A DNA stretch of 64,000 bases from Octopus bimaculoides (Eukaryota): contig NC_069002.1 in NCBI RefSeq assembly GCF_001194135.2, positions 8,809,441 through 8,873,440 of the forward strand. Direction: 5' to 3'. Below the pieces are notes generated by a model, which saw nothing but the letters and a program-made list of their open reading frames with translations, did not search any database and had not been told where the DNA came from. Position numbers and translations under genes: made by a program. Below are positions 61,210 to 64,000 of the stretch, one piece after another; within the stretch, counting starts at the first letter, position 1, and the number at the start of each line of letters is the position of its first letter.

Positions 61210-61630
61210 TTCAACTTTTATTTGTTTCAGGCATTGGACTACGGCCAATCTGAGGCACCTTCTTGAAGGGTTTTAGTCGAACAGATCGATTTCAGTACGT
61301 CTATAATTATCCTGGAGATTAGTTTGGTAATTATCCTATCGGTATGTTTTGCCGAACTGCTAAGTTACGGGGTCGTAAACGAACAAACATCGGTTATAAA
61401 GCGATGGAGGTGGGGTAAACACAAGCACAAAGTCACACATAATTAAATGTACAAGATTGGGTTCCACACAGTCTCCGTCTACCAATTTCACTCACAAGAC
61501 AATGGTCGGCTTGTAGAAAAAAAACTATAGAAGAAAACATTTGCCCAACAAGCCGCGCAGCGGGACAGAACCCGGACCTATGTGGTTACAAGCGAGCTTC
61601 TTAGCCACACCACCATGCTTACGCCTATAT
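61210..61630 (-). mobile_element. SINE group C, full length, diverged, microsatellite barely expanded
   Basis: Tail tttgtttcaggcattggactacggcc through head gggacagaacccggacctatgtggtt. Confidence 0.8.
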
Positions 61631-62324
61631 AAACATTTGGTTTTTTGGGGGGTTTTTTTTTTTGGTTTTTTTGTTTGTTTGTTTTGGTCTTTTTCCAGCA
61701 GAGAAGATCAGATAGCGTTTGAAGTTAAATGGTAATTTTTTTTTCCCAGAATTCCTTGTTAGTACAATTCAATACGCCCACGCATATCTTTTGTTTGTCA
61801 TTTAGAATCTGTTTTGCAATGGAAACTGTAAAAAAAATATTAAGATCACCGAAGAATTTAAGCGTTAAAATTCATCTTTTATAAAACAAACAGATTTCAA
61901 AAAAAAAAAATATTTAAATTCGCTTAAAAATAAATACTAGCAAAATAAGTTTTAAAATTTTCTCCAGCACCACACGCGTTTATAATACAAGAAACAGGAA
62001 ACTAAAATCGGCATTAATATTCAATGTTTAAATTAAAACTCAGATTGCATTATTTCAATTTTTTAAAGCAAGATGCAAATTATGAAAACAATGTCGTTCA
62101 TTTGGAAATTTCATACCGAAAAATATTCCCTTGTGCCAGTTTTTACACTTTTCCTAAAAATATAAACCACATTGTAATATTGTAAAATATTGTATAATAT
62201 TGGTTTAGAATTACGCTAGATGATTCCGCATGATTCTTCCGTAAAATTCATTTTACAAGCAAAATAGTAATGTTTTTTTCTGATCTTTTAATCTTTTTCT
62301 GTTTTTTGGGGTTTTTTTTTTTTT

Positions 62325-62530
62325 GTTATTGGCCTGCGGCCATACCGGAGCATCGACTTGAAAGGTTTAGTCAAGCAAAGCTTAAGTTTCTTTTTACAAG
62401 TCTGGTACTTTGATACATACTTTTGCACTCTCCTTTGCCGACTTGCTATGTTGTGTCGAAGGGATGTAATCAAACCAACACTGGTTGTCAAGTGCTAATG
62501 GAAACAAAGATACACACACACAAACACATA
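62325..62530 (-). mobile_element. SINE group C, 3' half, diverged
   Basis: ctgcggccataccggagcatc, ctggttgtcaagtg. Confidence 0.65.
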
Positions 62531-62584
62531 CTTATACATTTACAAATATATATGTATATATAGATATATAGATACATACATGTG

Positions 62585-62625
<41 letters not shown>

Positions 62626-62955
62626 NNNNNNNNNNNNNNNNNNNNNNNNNNNNNNNNNNNNNNNNNNNNNNNNNNNNNNNNNNNNNNNNNNNNNNNNNNN
62701 NNNNNNNNNNNNNNNNNNNNNNNNNATTTAATGAAATTACATTTAAACAGAAGGACATATTTTTATAATTAAATCATTAAATATATCCACTCCCACCCTA
62801 GGGTAGGGTGGGTGTGGGTGTTAACTCATAGCAGGGACCCTGAGAGAGCCAGAGTTGACCTGGGAGTAATGGTGGCCAAGAGGTGGTTATACATTCCTCC
62901 AAACTCTGGACCTTTCGAACCAGGGTCCCATTAGATGTTATATCCAGGACATGAA

Positions 62956-63130
62956 CCCTTTCGGTCATGAATGACCATGAGATTGCACCTAGACTGTTCC
63001 CCTCCGAGGCACAAGTCCGAGCAAGGTTGTTTATGGATGACCAGCAGTCGCCCATGCATAGCGGCCTTTTCTCTCCACACTACTGATGTTATCCAAGGGA
63101 AAGGCAAACGCCGATACAGCTTTGCCAAGC
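62956..63130 (-). mobile_element. SINE tail E (same as 15757-16083)
   Basis: ccctttcggtcatgaatgaccatg...cagtcgcccatgcat...gatgttatccaaggg. Confidence 0.8.
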
Positions 63131-63959
63131 TGCATCCAGGGCATATTGTATATATAACATGTATTGAATAACGCAATGGTACACGAAAATGTATGCTATA
63201 CATATAACCTACATTGAATTATTGAATTATGGCAAACGAGAATAGAGAACAGAGCACAACATAATATAGCAGAATAAAGGATTAACAAAATATAAAAGAA
63301 CGGTGGGGGTGAACTTGAAGGATATAGAAAGAATACACGAACGTACCAAGAATCGAATTGTGGAATCAGTGATGCTGACTGTCTGTCGACAGTAGGTGAT
63401 GGCGGCTGTTCAACGCTATCTTCCAGCTTATGACATAACATTTACGATGTTCTTGTCTACGTTGTAGTATTGATGGTACATCACCAAATAAGTCTTTAAT
63501 CTCATTTGAAAAAGTATCTTATTTTCACATTCCATGATATTTCTTCAGCTTTCTTCGTCATTTACATGTTCTTTTCATTTTTCTGAGAAAAACCAAAGGA
63601 AATATATATATATACACATATATACATACATGCATATATATACATATATATATATGCGTGTGTGTGAGTGTGTATATGTATATATATATATACACACATG
63701 TATGCATGTATATGGATAAGAAAAAACGATTTTCTTTTGTTATCTTAATACTGAATGTTATCTTCAGAATGGATTTTCCTCTTCGCCATCTTTTCTATAC
63801 TCTTGCTGTTGTAATCCTTCGTATGTGTATATATACATATTCATACATATATACATTCATACACGTATAGATATATGTATATATGTATATGTACATGTAA
63901 TATACGTATATATATATATATGTGTCTGTGAGAGTGTGTCTGTGTATATTTATATATAT

Positions 63960-64000
<41 letters not shown>

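Overview
AT-rich eukaryotic (animal) intronic or intergenic DNA from a gappy draft assembly. About 9.7 kb (~15%) is N, and most gaps are flanked by microsatellites. The SINE inventory and microsatellite density resemble an octopus or other coleoid cephalopod genome (from recall, not a database search). No host protein-coding gene can be identified with confidence; nearly all ORFs in the supplied track are read-throughs of N-runs or simple repeats. The window is dominated by >40 copies of at least three tRNA-derived SINE groups, labelled here A, B, C, plus CORE-type SINEs with several different tails. These swap modules and form tandem and inverted clusters. It also holds a 5'-truncated CR1/L2-type LINE, a decayed hAT (Buster/Charlie-type) transposase with a matching MITE, two mariner remnants and a Helitron-like 3' end. 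Highlights: (1) two nearly intact type I hammerhead ribozyme motifs, one inside a perfect hairpin whose mirror copy runs into a gap, plus several fossil hammerheads; (2) an in-window LINE/SINE partner match at their 3' ends; (3) a ~700 bp promoter-like segment duplicated in inverted orientation 23 kb apart, with a 166/167 identical core; (4) SINE chimeras and foldbacks that join at TCGA motifs.
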